A stretch of 64,000 nucleotides of DNA, taken from contig OY760074.1 in assembly GCA_963663035.1 (NCBI GenBank), positions 2,688,001-2,752,000 of the forward strand. Reading direction: 5' to 3'. The position numbers and the translations under genes are program-made. The notes under the pieces are model-generated. The model ran no database searches and was not told the DNA's origin. It saw nothing but the letters and a program-made list of their open reading frames with translations. Source of the DNA: Acidobacteriota bacterium (GTDB lineage: Bacteria; Acidobacteriota; UBA6911; RPQK01; JADFOI01). Numbering within the stretch: the stretch's first letter is position 1; the number at the start of each line of letters is the position of its first letter. Of the stretch, positions 19,382-30,661 are shown one piece after another.

Positions 19382-19948
19382 TTAGCTCTCCTCCCTGTCT
19401 TCTAGACGCAGGTTGTTGGTCACTGAGAAGACCCCTGAGACGCCCCTTGCCACAAGATAGGCCACGTCACTATCTGACTTCCGCAAAACAACGCCCTCGA
19501 GGGTCACATTCCCGTTCTTGACGATGATGTGGATATCGGATCGGTTCGGGAGCAGGCCGAAGGAAACCCCCGGTCGCACGTACTTCCTCAATAACGAATT
19601 GGAGAAGAGGGCCCGAGCCGTAGCCAGGCGAAGGTTGTCGTCGCGAAAGGAGGTCGGTAAGACTTCGATCTCGTTTTCGACGCTCGTGATGCCCTCAACC
19701 CTGCTCACGGTCCGCTCGGCGGACTTCTTCAGAGCCGGCCACCAGACTTCCCCGGAAAGGATGACCTTAGAACCATCCAGCTGGAAAGACAGGTTGTCGA
19801 ACATACTGTAGTACGGCAGAGTCACCAATTCAATGCGAATCTCGGGTACGACTGTAGAAGTATCTGTCGTCGAAGCGAATGCGACCGTGGATAATAGGAC
19901 CCAACCGATGACGAAACTTAATAACGATTTATAAATGTTGTTCCTCAT
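19382..19948 (-). CDS. BON-domain periplasmic protein
   Basis: Signal peptide; LPYYSMFDNL, VENEIEVLP, IHIIVKNGNVTLEGVV, GVFSVTNNL. Confidence 0.88.
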   Translation of the reverse strand: MRNNIYKSLLSFVIGWVLLSTVAFASTTDTSTVVPEIRIELVTLPYYSMFDNLSFQLDGSKVILSGEVWWPALKKSAERTVSRVEGITSVENEIEVLPTSFRDDNLRLATARALFSNSLLRKYVRPGVSFGLLPNRSDIHIIVKNGNVTLEGVVLRKSDSDVAYLVARGVSGVFSVTNNLRLEDREES

Positions 19949-20348
19949 TTGATTTCTCCTTTTTTTGCTTGTTTCTTCCCTAACTTGTTTTTTCCCTAAG
20001 ATGCTTGGACAATTAGATAGATGTTTTATTGTTAAATTCTCATTACTGAATCCTCCTTGTTAGTGTCATATTGCGTGCGCCTTAGTACGCCCTCAGAATA
20101 ATGAGTACGACTGAGGCGAAAAATCATTACACTCCTTTGATCGATTGCTTTTACTATTCATGTTAGCCAGACAGGGGATGAACTCCAGGGTCTAGTCTCT
20201 TTCGGAGAGTAGCAGCCAGTCAGCCCAACACAAGGACAGAGCAACCAACCAGGAGGACGGTCATGAGCCACAAATCCGCGGGTTCCAAGACTGACCCAAG
20301 TCCAATTGATTTAGGATTCGGAGGGTTGTCAACCGTCACAGCGGCGAC

Positions 20349-20603
20349 ATGGGATGGGGAGTGACGAGCATGCCTTCGACGGAGGAACTGATGAAGTGGG
20401 AGCCGATGTACGATCTTCAGTTTGTCCCACGATTCTCGCTTATAGCCCTTTGCCAGTATGATCTGAGAGTCTTTGGGGGAGAAGTGGTCTTGGATGCACT
20501 CAAGACGCATCCGCTTTGCATTGTCAGCAAACTGATCAGCGAAAAGCCCTGGTCAACTCGAGGAGCTGTTGCTCCCCGAGCCGACCGCAAACTAGTGCTT
20601 TGA
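20349..20603 (+). pseudogene. MEDS sensory-domain C-terminal fragment
   Basis: MGW...ELMKWE...ALCQYDLRVF...DALKTHP motif; no N-terminus. Confidence 0.55.
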
Positions 20604-20614
20604 CTAGAATTTGA

Positions 20615-21211
20615 CTAGAAGGTAAAGGTAAGACCGCCAGTCACTTCAAGCCAGGTTAGGGCTTCACCAAGAAGATTGGGAGCGGTGCGTCCCCGGATAT
20701 CACCTCTGAGTCCGAGCGGGCCCCAGAGTTGGGGAGTTTTCAGTCCACCACCATAGCTGAAAGTGAAAAACGTATCTCCGCTTTCAAAAACCGGCGTGGG
20801 GGCATTCAGAAATCCTGGTTCATCCTCATCAACACTGGCAGTAATGCCGCCAATTCCCACAATCAGGAAAGGCTTGAGCCCTTCACCTTCAAGATCGAAG
20901 CGGTAACTGCCACTTGCTTCCCAGAGGTAACCCCGGCTTTCCGGATCGCTTTCCTCGAATTCAAAGTGGTTGATATATCCAAAGTTCCCCTCAACCTCGA
21001 TGTTCTCGGTGGGGAAAAAGCTCGCTCTGATACCGAAGAGGCCTTCCTGCTTCAGGTCAAACGAGCCTGTGGCTGTGTTAATGCCGTCGTTGGGAGCGAG
21101 CAGGCCTCCAGCATAAGGATTGAGCTCCACGTGCTGAGCGGAGAGCCAAGAAGAAAAACCGAAGACCATCACCCAGCTTCCCAACAATCGAAGAATCTTT
21201 GTGGTTTGCAT
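20615..21211 (-). CDS. Outer-membrane beta-barrel protein
   Basis: Signal peptide, alternating beta-strand pattern, C-terminal LTFTF. Confidence 0.85.
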   Translation of the reverse strand: MQTTKILRLLGSWVMVFGFSSWLSAQHVELNPYAGGLLAPNDGINTATGSFDLKQEGLFGIRASFFPTENIEVEGNFGYINHFEFEESDPESRGYLWEASGSYRFDLEGEGLKPFLIVGIGGITASVDEDEPGFLNAPTPVFESGDTFFTFSYGGGLKTPQLWGPLGLRGDIRGRTAPNLLGEALTWLEVTGGLTFTF

Positions 21212-21473
21212 AATTAAGTGCTCCTTTCTGAGTTTCTGAGTTTTTGGAAACTCTTTTCAGTTAATGGTTGTCATTCGCGCGCATTCGGGTATTAGATGCA
21301 ACTTGTGTCCCACTACAGTGTTGGCTATCCAACACTTCCGTCCTCTTCACTGAGGTTCGCCGACTCTTCGGGGGGCTTGTGTTGGTCGTTGAACAGTGGA
21401 ATGTTAACCGAAGGTTATGGGTGAGAGTGCGGAGTTATTCTTGTTTAGACGAAGCGGCGTCTGGTATGGGCCA

Positions 21474-22502
21474 CTACTGAGGTCTCTTCAGCCCCAGCTT
21501 CTTGATTCGGGAGGCAAGAGTTGTCGGTTTTATAGCGAGGAGCTCAGCCGCTCCTTTGGGCCCGCGGATCCTCCACCCGGTCTGCCTCAGGGCAGCCAGG
21601 ATATTCTCGCACTCCTGACGCCTCATCTCAGCGTCCGGGACAACCTCCGGTTCTTGATTCCCGACCACAGGATAAGCCGGAGTGGAGAACTGTTCAGAAG
21701 GTTTTTCGCGATGTGAATCGAAGCGGAGGCGTCTGTTTCGTTCCACCTCTTGCAAAGTGAGGATTTCCTTTTCTTTCTGATCGACTTCCTTCTGATCGGG
21801 TGAGGTCAATGAAGGCAAGAAAAACTCGTCCTCTATTTCCAAAACTGGCCCTGTGGATAAAATCACACTCCGCTCGATTACATTTTCAAGTTCCCGGATA
21901 TTCCCTGGCCAGGGATAGGCCACAAGTCGCCTCATGGTTGCCTGACTGATCTTCTCGATCCGTTTACTCATCCTGCTGGTATACCTCTTCAGAAAATACT
22001 GGACGAGCATGGGGATGTCTTCTGCTCTCTCCTGTAAAGAGGGAATATGAATCGGAAAGACATTCAGGCGGTAATACAAGTCCGCCCTAAAAGAGTTTTC
22101 TGCGACGCTCTTTGCCAGGTCTCGGTTGGTAGCAGAAATCACCCGCGCATCCACCTTGATGGTCTGTGTGCCACCCACTCTTTCAAATTCCTGTTCTTGT
22201 AAGACTCTGAGAAGCTTTACCTGAATCTCTGGGGTGAGATCACCAATCTCATCCTGAAGAATGGTGCCTCGGTGGGCTAACTCGAAGCGGCCGATCTTCC
22301 TGGTGATCGCTCCCGTAAAAGCCCCCTTCTCGTGGCCAAATAACTCACTCTCGATGAGACCGGTAGGCAGTGCTGCGCAATTGATCTTGATCAGTGGCCT
22401 GTTCTTGCACTTGCTCAGATTGTGAATAGCTCGAGCGATGAGTTCCTTCCCCGTCCCCGTCTCTCCGCTGATCAAAATCGAAGAATCTGTGGGTGCCACC
22501 AA
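21474..22502 (-). pseudogene. Sigma54-dependent activator (FhlA/NtrC family), 5'-truncated by IS6
   Basis: GETGTGKE, ESELFGHEKGAFTGA, WPGNIREL, Fis-type HTH; coding sequence ends at the IS6 IR at 22515. Confidence 0.85.
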
Positions 22503-22514
22503 CTCAACCCGCTT

Positions 22515-23010
22515 GGCACTGTCAAGTTAACGGAACCAAGCCTAGATTCTCCCCAGAATGAGAGGAGTCCCGCAATCTCTCAACAGACGTACGTCGCCTC
22601 TCTCCAATCGGAAAAAGCCCGGGCTCGAAGGAGTTGATGATAAACGGCCTTCAGATGATGCCGACCGACTCGGAAAAGGTTCTGAATGGGACCGTGAACT
22701 GAGAGAAAACGCTGAGACTGTGCCATTGATTTGAACCTTCGCATTTGCCGCTCTTGTTCACGAGTGTGTTGATGGGAGACTTCAGCCCGGTTGTTCTCGT
22801 ATTGTCCTGTTCGATGGACCACGGAAGGGAAGATGTCCCTATGAGCTGCCGGATAGCTTCGAAGCTTGTCCGTAACGAGTTTCCACGGAGGCTTCCCTTG
22901 ATGTTTCAACATCTTACGAAAGAGGCGCTTAGCGGCTTTCCGATCTCGTCGGCGAGTCACAAGGATATCGATCACGTCCCCATCCTGATCGACTGCTCGC
23001 CACAGGTAGT
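22515..23010 (-). mobile_element. IS6-family remnant (3' half of transposase, ORF 22580..22975)
   Basis: IR GGCACTGTCAAGTT at 22515; VTDKLRSY...NNRAEVSHQHTR...MRRFKS. Confidence 0.85.
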
Positions 23011-23064
23011 GGCGCTCGGGTCGACCCGGCGCACCTTTTCGGTCTCGAGCTGGGCGATGCCGTC

Positions 23065-23442
23065 GTGATGCGCAACATCGGTGGGCGAGTCACCGACGAT
23101 CTCATCGAGCAGATCGCGATTCTCCACGCGTTGGCCGGGATCGTGGGGGAAGGTTCCCTCGAGGTGGCGATCGTCCATCACACCGATTGTGGGGCCAGCC
23201 GCTTCGCCAACCCTCAGGTTAGACAAAGGTTGGGCCAAGCCGCCGGGACCGGCGAGGCAGCGATCGAAAGGCTAGCCATCGCCGACCCGCAGTCTAGCGT
23301 GGCCGAGGACCTCGACCGGCTCCGAGCCGCACCGACTCTATCGGACGAGCTCGTCGTCGCTGGCTACGTCTATGACGTCACCGACGGGCAAGTCCGTGAA
23401 ACCTTCGCCCCGTCCTCCCTACGCGAAGGGACACGATCATGA
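23065..23442 (+). pseudogene. Beta-class carbonic anhydrase, N-terminally truncated
   Basis: RNIGGRVT...AIVHHTDCG...GYVYDVTDG; the CxD motif is missing next to the IS6 remnant. Confidence 0.7.
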
Positions 23443-23644
23443 AGGCCAGGCCTCAGCGCGCCGCCGTGGTCGGCATTGCGCTTCAAAGTAGTGGGTTAGA
23501 CAACCTAGCCTTCACATCCACCCACTGTGGCCCCGGCTTTGCCATGGCATCTAAAAACCTTTCTGGTGCTCGCTTTCGGGATGTAACACCATTTACCGGG
23601 GGAAGTTTCCGCCAGAACTAGGCAAATAGGATAAGGAGGCTTCT

Positions 23645-24085
23645 ATGGCACAGGTCAAGGTCAGATCGGGTCCAATTTTATACACACAAGAGATTGAGTC
23701 GAATGGACACCGGTGGAGGGCGGACGAACCAAAACACCTGGGCGGCCGGGACCAAGGTCCCTCACCCTATCGGCTACTTCTTAGCGCACTCGGGGCATGC
23801 ACTGCAATAACCGTACAAATGTACGCAAAGCGAAAACAGTGGCCCCTAGAGTCAGTTGAGGTGCGACTTGACCATGAGAGGATACATGCTCAGGATTGTA
23901 GGGATTGTGAGACCAAGGAAGGGAAGATCTCTGAGATCAAGTTGCGGCTTTGTCTGAGAGGTCATCTAGACAAGGCACAGCGTCAGCGGCTTTTTGAGAT
24001 CGCAGGTAAGTGCCCGGTTAAGAGGACCCTTATTGGAGAGATCAAGGTGCGGGCTGAACTGGCAGACGTGGCCGCCAGCAGTTGA
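23645..24085 (+). CDS. OsmC-family protein
   Basis: ADEP...[16 protein letters not shown]...YAKRKQW...KCPV; AAGGAGG RBS. Confidence 0.9.
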   Translation: MAQVKVRSGPILYTQEIESNGHRWRADEPKHLGGRDQGPSPYRLLLSALGACTAITVQMYAKRKQWPLESVEVRLDHERIHAQDCRDCETKEGKISEIKLRLCLRGHLDKAQRQRLFEIAGKCPVKRTLIGEIKVRAELADVAASS

Positions 24086-24120
24086 TCAAACATTTCTGTT
24101 TTCCTGAAAAGGAGGAACAC

Positions 24121-24819
24121 ATGAAATTACTTTCAGTGAATGTTTCTATGCCCAAAGAGATCCAACACAACGGTAAAACGATCACGACGGGAATCTTCAA
24201 AGAGCCAGTAATGGGCCATGTCATGTTAAGGGCATTGAACCTGGATGGAGATGGGCAGGCCGATTTGGTGGGTCACGGCGGGACTTACAAGGCGGTCTAT
24301 GTTTACTCGATTGAGAACTATGACTATTGGAAACAAGAGTTGGGAAGAGAAGATTTCACGATGGGCCAATTTGGGGAAAACTTTACAGTTGAGGAAATGC
24401 TAGACGAGCAGATCAACGTTGGGGACGTCTTCCGTGTAGGTGGCGCGCTGGTCGAAGTGACCCAACCCCGGGTTCCTTGCTCCAAGCTTGGTCTAAAGAT
24501 GGGTTGGTCTAAATTTCCGAAGGTCTTTTTGCAGAGCTGCCGCGTCGGTTTTTACCTGCGTGTCCTGGAAGAAGGTGAGGTAGGTGCAGGAGATTTGATT
24601 GAACGGACGAAGACCGACCCCGAGCAAATGACGGTTCAGGAAGTTTGCCAGCTGCTCTACTTCGACCAAATGAAGCTTGAGGGGGCCAAGAAGGCGCTTC
24701 GAATTCAAGCGCTGTCGCCCGGATGGAGAGGATCGTTTGAAGAACGATTGACCCAAGCCGGAGTCCCGATCGAGTACAGCGAAGAACCTAGAGAGGGAGA
24801 AAAGTGCTGTGGGCCATGA
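24121..24819 (+). CDS. MOSC-domain protein (YiiM-like)
   Basis: TGIFK, GDGQADL..HGG, FGENFT, VTQPRVPC, GFYLRVLEEG; AGGAGG RBS. Confidence 0.9.
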   Translation: MKLLSVNVSMPKEIQHNGKTITTGIFKEPVMGHVMLRALNLDGDGQADLVGHGGTYKAVYVYSIENYDYWKQELGREDFTMGQFGENFTVEEMLDEQINVGDVFRVGGALVEVTQPRVPCSKLGLKMGWSKFPKVFLQSCRVGFYLRVLEEGEVGAGDLIERTKTDPEQMTVQEVCQLLYFDQMKLEGAKKALRIQALSPGWRGSFEERLTQAGVPIEYSEEPREGEKCCGP

Positions 24820-25268
24820 GGCGGGAATCTTACGGTCCAGCCACTCCGTCAGCGCACGATGAAAGGGACAATCATGACGAATTCTTTTACTATTTCGCCT
24901 CACAGCAAGGAGTTTTCAGGGAATACTTGGCGTAAGGCCTGTGCGATTTCGTCCGGCGCATCTTCCCCCAGAAAGTGGCTCGCATGGCAACAGAACCGCT
25001 TGAGATCCTCCATGCCCCGTTCAACCGTTCGGAGGTCTTTCCGGGTCTGTTATCTATTTCTTCGCAGATTATCCCGCTCGAACGTTATGGATTATGGATA
25101 TCCTCCATATAGCATCGGGAAAAAGGCCGGCCCACAACTTTTGGGAGAAACGCCATGGGCAAACCGAGATTGCAGATTCAGAATTGAGGACAACTGCATT
25201 ACACAGTGAGGGGTAGTTCTATGGTCGGCAAGACCATTAGCCATTACAAGGTTTTTCGTTCCACCTAG

Positions 25269-26907
25269 CCCGGATTATTCATAAATTCTGAAGAAGGGGT
25301 CTGATCGAGGGCACAAAAAGATGCCGTACCTCTTTGATATAAAAGGGGTTATGAAACAACTCCAAACCAAAAAGGTACGGCCCAGCGATGCATCAGTCTG
25401 CCAGATCAACTTGCCATCTCACCCTGACAGAAAAGTGGTGGCTCGATTCGATGGAGGCCGGCTCTCCTCCGATGCCGGGCTGCTGTGTCTGTACGCCCTG
25501 GATCAACAGCACGGACTGACGGCTGGCTTTGCCTCCTGCCTGAAGGACGCTCGAGATAGCCGCTACGTCCGCCACCAGATTCGCGAACTGCTCACCCAGC
25601 GCAGCTTTCAGATCGTGGCCGGCTATGAGGACTGCAACGATGCCGACAGCTTGCGCTCGGATCCCATCTTCAAGACCGTGTGTGATCGGCTGCCGGAAAG
25701 CGATCCGGATCTGGCTTCTCAACCCACGCTGTCGCGACTGGAGAACTCGGTGGACTCGAAGGATCTCACTCGCCTGGGACAGTGGCTGCTGGAGACCTAC
25801 TTGAAGCACCGCAAGAAGAGCCGGCCCGAGAAGATCATCCTGGACATCGACAGCACGGATGACGTCACGCATGGGCAGCAGGAGTTCAGCTTTTACCACG
25901 GCTATTATCGCGAGCACATGTATCATCCGCTGCTGCTATTCGATGGCGAGACGGGCGATCTGGTATGTGCGCTACTGCGGCCCGGCAACCAGGGGGCGGC
26001 CGCCCACGCGGTGGCGGTTCTCAAACGGGTGGTGGCCCGGATGCGCCAGGTTCTGGGATCCGATGTTCCGATCGAAGTGCGAGCCGACAGTGGCTTTGCG
26101 ACGCCGGCACTGTACGAGTTCTGTGAGGAGGAAAAACTGCAGTATGTGGTGGGCTTTGCCCGCAACTCCCGGCTGGCGGCCACCGTCGAGCCCTTGGTTG
26201 AGCAGGTGCAAGCAGACTATGACGACTCAGGAGAAAAGCAACGCCAGTTCACCGAGCTCGTCTATCAGGCCGACAGTTGGGACCGGGAGCGGCGCATGGT
26301 GGCCAAGGTGGAAGTGAGCGAGCGCGGGTTCAACCGTCGCTTTGTGGTCACCAACCGCCAGGATCTCACGGCCGGGCAGCTGTATGACCACTACATCGGA
26401 CGGGGCCAGTGCGAGAACTTCGTGAAAGCTTTCAAAAAAGATCTGGCCATGGATCGCTTGAGCTGCCACCGTTTCCTGGCCAACCAGTTCCGACTCTTCA
26501 TCCACGCCCTGGCCTATGTCTTAATCCTGCGCCTGCGGGATTACCTGTGCGGGACTCCCTGGCACAACCTGGAGATTGAGACGCTCCGCCGCCGCCTGTT
26601 CAAAATCGGTGCCCGGGTTCGGGAAACTTCTCGTCGCATCTGGGTGCACCTGGCATCGTCTTATCCCGAACAAAAGCTCTTCGCATTACTGATGCACCGT
26701 CTGTGTCCCACCTGACGGTCCCCTGACTCCCTGCGCCAACACAGATATACAGCCCCCTGCGGGCCGAGCTGTTTCCGGAAGGGGCTCTCGCTTCATCTCT
26801 ATTCGGCTCAACAAGCTTGGACGCCTTGTAATCGCACCTGAACACACTCTCAGCCCTGAACTTCCGCAGAAAATCGACACTCACCCCAAACTTATGAATA
26901 ATTGCGG
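25269..26907 (+). mobile_element. IS1380-family element (transposase 25321..26715) with CTAG target duplication
   Basis: IRs CCCGGATTATTCATAA / TTATGAATAATTGCGG; CTAG at 25265-25268 and 26908-26911; LASQPTLSRLEN, LDIDST, RADSGF, RGQCEN. Confidence 0.92.
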
Positions 26908-26911
26908 CTAG

Positions 26912-27260
26912 GATCAGCATGCCGAGCGGATGGACCCAGAAGCCGAAAGAGCCGTAAAGAAGGTAGGCGAAAAAGGTGAAAAATAGCGCATTGGCCAGAA
27001 AGTGTCTGAGATCGGCATGAACGGCGATCGCCGTGAACAATCTCCAGTACTCCCCCTCCACCCGAACCTGGCGTGGAATCGCCGCCAGAAGCTGAAACCA
27101 TTCAGGTTCCCGCCAGCAGATCATGGAGAGAAACAAAAGCAGCATGACACTGATGACGGCAACCAGCAGGCTCTCGTCTCGCGGAGGCTCTGAGAGCATG
27201 GTCCTTTTGATGCGTACGCCTCCCATCCCCAGCACAGGCATGCGGAAATAGTATCAGCAC
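26912..27260 (-). pseudogene. Rhomboid-family protease fragment between IS1380 and IS6
   Basis: GEYWRLFTAIAVHADLRHFLANA motif; interrupted at both ends. Confidence 0.75.
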
Positions 27261-28072
27261 GGCATTGTCAGAGAAAAACATGCTTGATTCGGCGAGATGC
27301 GTCTTGTAAGTGTCTTTGGATGAAGAGCCCATTTCGCTATTTCAAGACTTCGCCCGAAATCATCCGCCTTGCGGTGATGATGTAGGTGCGGTTTCCACTG
27401 TCGCTACGCAATGTCGAGGACCTTCTCCACGAGCGCGGGATCGAGGTGAGCCACGAGACCATCCGGTTCTGGTGGAACCGTTTTGGCCCGATCTTTGCCG
27501 CCGAGATCCGCAAGAAGCGGAAGGGTCGAATGCGTGCGTTGTCGGGTTGTCGGTGGCACCTCGATGAGGTGTTCGTGAAGATCAATGGCGAACGCCATTA
27601 CCTGTGGCGTGCCGTGGACCAGGGAGGCGAGGTGCTGGAGGCCTTTGTCTCGAATAAGAAAGACCGCAAGGCCGCCTTGAAATTCCTCAGGAAACTGATG
27701 AAGCGCTACCCTAGACCGGATGCGATCATCACGGATCGGCTGAGGTCTTACCGCGCGGCATTGCGTGAACTGGGCGGAAGCGGTCTGCATCAAGCTGGCC
27801 GCTGGCGGAACAATCGTGCGGAGAATTCCCACCTGCCGTTCCGGCGACGAGAACACGCAATGCTCCGTTTCAGGCGGATGCGAAGCCTCCAGAAATTTGC
27901 CACCGTCCATTCTTCCGTCTACAACCACTTCAACCTGCGACGATCCCCCTGCTCACGGGACAATTTCAAGCTCAACCGCGCCGCTGCACTTGCCCAGTGG
28001 CGTTAACTCGGGCGGCCTAATTCCCTATCGCCAGTGGAGAACTCAGACCTGCTAATTTCCTCTGACAGTGCT
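27261..28072 (+). mobile_element. IS6-family copy 1 (transposase 27320..28006 with in-frame TAG at 27383)
   Basis: IRs GGCATTGTCAGAG / CTCTGACAGTGC; WHLDEVFVKING, ITDRLRSY, NNRAENSH. Confidence 0.92.
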
Positions 28073-28097
28073 TTTTGCGGGGGGGGGTAGGTCAGCT

Positions 28098-29687
28098 CTA
28101 TTGACCTTCGAAATCCGTTGAAGTGAGATAGTCCGATGCCTCTTTCAGACCCGGCACGGAATACCCGCTCCAGATGTTCTGGAGCTTTCGATATTGCTCG
28201 GAGGCCAGGGCGCGATTGCCCAAGGCCGCATACGCGCGCGCCAGTCCGCGAACGGACAGGGCCCGGTTGGGCGTGCGCAAGAGCGCTGTCTGGTAGAAAA
28301 GCACGGCCTCTTCCGCCTGGCCGAGTTCCAAGAAGATCTCGCCGGCGAGCTCGTACACCGGCTTCACCGGGCTTGGAGCCCCACGGGGTGGACGCATGCT
28401 TTCGGCTTGCTCCACGCCCTTCTTGATGTGCTCGATGGCGCCCGTCGTGTCACCCTTTGCCAGTGCGTCGAGGGCCTCGATCTCGTGCTGCGCAACGCGC
28501 GCCGGCTTGGCCTGTCGGTCAAATAGCGACGCGCCCGCAGCTAGCTTGTCGGCTACCAAACGGATCTGGCTGGCTGCTTTTCCGAGCGTCGCGTTGTCTC
28601 CGGTGTGGTACGCGCTGATACCGGTCGCCAGAAGCTCGTGTGCGGACGACTTCTCCGTCACCGGCTGCACGTCCCACGTTTCTGTCTCCAGAACGTAGCG
28701 CGCTTTCACCAGCGGCAGGCTCTCAACACCGCGAGTTTGCGAGCCACTTTTATCAGTCAGTTCCTCGAGCCTTGCGATCCAGGTCTTGGCCTTGGCGTAG
28801 TCGCCACGCTGAAGGTCACCGTACTGCCCCCAGTCAAGCGGGTGCACAGCACTACCAATGTCGTCTCCCGGCTCCCACAGGTTGATAGCCACATCGTAAG
28901 CAGACTGGTTGGCCCTCGAGACCCGTTCCCACATGCCCCGCTGAATGAAGATGTGCGAAGGCATGTGACGCGCGTGCGCTACTGCTTCCGCGATCTCTGC
29001 GAAGCGATAGGCGGCGGGGATCGCCAGCGGCGCATGCACCGGGTCGTCGAAAGAATGAATGATATAGTGAGCGGCACCCGGATGATTCGGATTCCTCGCG
29101 AATACTTCCATGGCGACCGCGCCCGCCTCGACGTACATCCGAAAGGTGGTGTCACCGGAGGGGCGCACCGCAGCAATCGTGGCCAATGCGTAGTGCGAAG
29201 CCACCTCGTCGTCGTTGGGGTGTTTCTCGTACAGACGGCGCATGGCTTCCATGTAGCCGATCTTGCGCTCGGCGACATCTCCTTCGCCCCATAGAGTCTC
29301 GACCGCTTGCAAAAAACCCTTTTCCCGTTCCGTGGGCGCTTTCGCAAGCCGTTCTCCAGGCGTTGCTCCCAACCGCTTCAACACCGCACGAGGCGAATCC
29401 AGATCCTGGTCACCGAGGAGCGGATGGTTGTAGCAGAGACTCTCACCCCAGTAGGCCATAGCAAAGTCCGGGTCCAGCTTCTGTGCCGCCTGGAATTCAG
29501 CGATGGCCTGCTTCCATCCGAAGCTGTGCAGAATGGCTGCACCACGTAAGAAACGTGCCTGCGCTTCGGGTGATTTCGTCGATGTCGGAAAGACGAGCGT
29601 TCCGACGTCTTTACCCTGAGCCACCACCATACCCACACTGATCGTGAGCACGAGTAATGCGTTACAAATTGTCCGGAACCCCCTCAT
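28098..29687 (-). CDS. Exported TPR-like protein
   Basis: GAGGAGG RBS, signal peptide; AQARFLRG..LHSF, DPDFAMAYWG, HPGAAHYIIHSFD, HARHMPSHIF. Confidence 0.82.
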   Translation of the reverse strand: MRGFRTICNALLVLTISVGMVVAQGKDVGTLVFPTSTKSPEAQARFLRGAAILHSFGWKQAIAEFQAAQKLDPDFAMAYWGESLCYNHPLLGDQDLDSPRAVLKRLGATPGERLAKAPTEREKGFLQAVETLWGEGDVAERKIGYMEAMRRLYEKHPNDDEVASHYALATIAAVRPSGDTTFRMYVEAGAVAMEVFARNPNHPGAAHYIIHSFDDPVHAPLAIPAAYRFAEIAEAVAHARHMPSHIFIQRGMWERVSRANQSAYDVAINLWEPGDDIGSAVHPLDWGQYGDLQRGDYAKAKTWIARLEELTDKSGSQTRGVESLPLVKARYVLETETWDVQPVTEKSSAHELLATGISAYHTGDNATLGKAASQIRLVADKLAAGASLFDRQAKPARVAQHEIEALDALAKGDTTGAIEHIKKGVEQAESMRPPRGAPSPVKPVYELAGEIFLELGQAEEAVLFYQTALLRTPNRALSVRGLARAYAALGNRALASEQYRKLQNIWSGYSVPGLKEASDYLTSTDFEGQ

Positions 29688-29795
29688 GGCCTCCTCCTCA
29701 AGGTAACTAAGAAATTGCTTTCTGGAGGCTAGTTTATCTGGGATGGGAAAGTGGGTCAACAGGTATTTACCTAGAAAACAGCGAACCCAAAAGGA

Positions 29796-30608
29796 GGCAT
29801 TGTCAGAGAAAAACAGGCTTGATTCGGCGGGATGCGTCTTGTAAGTGTCTTTGGATGAAGAGCCCATTTCGCTATTTCAAGACTTCGCCCGAAATCATCC
29901 GCCTTGCGGTGATGATGTAGGTGCGGTTTCCACTGTCGCTACGCAATGTCGAGGACCTTCGCCACGAGCGCGGGATCGAGGTGAGCCACGAGACCATCCG
30001 GTTCTGGTGGAACCGTTTTGGCCCGATCTTTGCCGCCGAGATCCGCAAGAAGCGGAAGGGTCGAATGCGTGCGTTGTCGGGTTGTCGGTGGCACCTCGAT
30101 GAGGTGTTCGTGAAGATCAATGGCGAACGCCATTACCTGTGGCGTGCCGTGGACCAGGGAGGCGAGGTGCTGGAGGCCTTTGTCTCGAAGAAGAAAGACC
30201 GCAAGGCCGCCTTGAAATTCCTCAGGAAACTGATGAAGCGCTACCCTAGACCGGATGCGATCATCACGGATCGGCTGAGGTCTTACCGCGCGGCATTGCG
30301 TGAACTGGGCGGAAGCGGTCGGCATCAAGCTGGCCGCTGGCGGAACAATCGTGCGGAGAATTCCCACCTGCCGTTCCGGCGACGAGAACACGCAATGCTC
30401 CGTTTCAGGCGTATGCGAAGCCTCCAGAAATTTGCCGCCGCCCATTCTTCCGTCTACAACCACTTCAACCTGCGGCGATCCCTCTGCTCACGGGACAATT
30501 TCAAGCTCAACCGCGCCTCTGCACTTGCCAAGTGGCGTTAACTCGGGCGGCCTAATTCACTGTCCTCGGTGGAATAACTCAGACCTGCGATTTTACTCTG
30601 ACAGTGCC
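29796..30608 (+). mobile_element. IS6-family copy 2, same orientation and same in-frame TAG
   Basis: Near-identical to 27261-28072; IRs GGCATTGTCAGAG / CTCTGACAGTGCC. Confidence 0.92.
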
Positions 30609-30661
30609 TTGCAGCAATTTGGACAGTACCCTGAGCAGGCACTTCAGGCGGGCCTCCCCTC

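Noticed and set aside
25221-25260. Ser/Thr kinase gene start (MVGKTISHYKV)
   Set aside because: Only about 11 codons resemble the family before the IS1380; too short to call.
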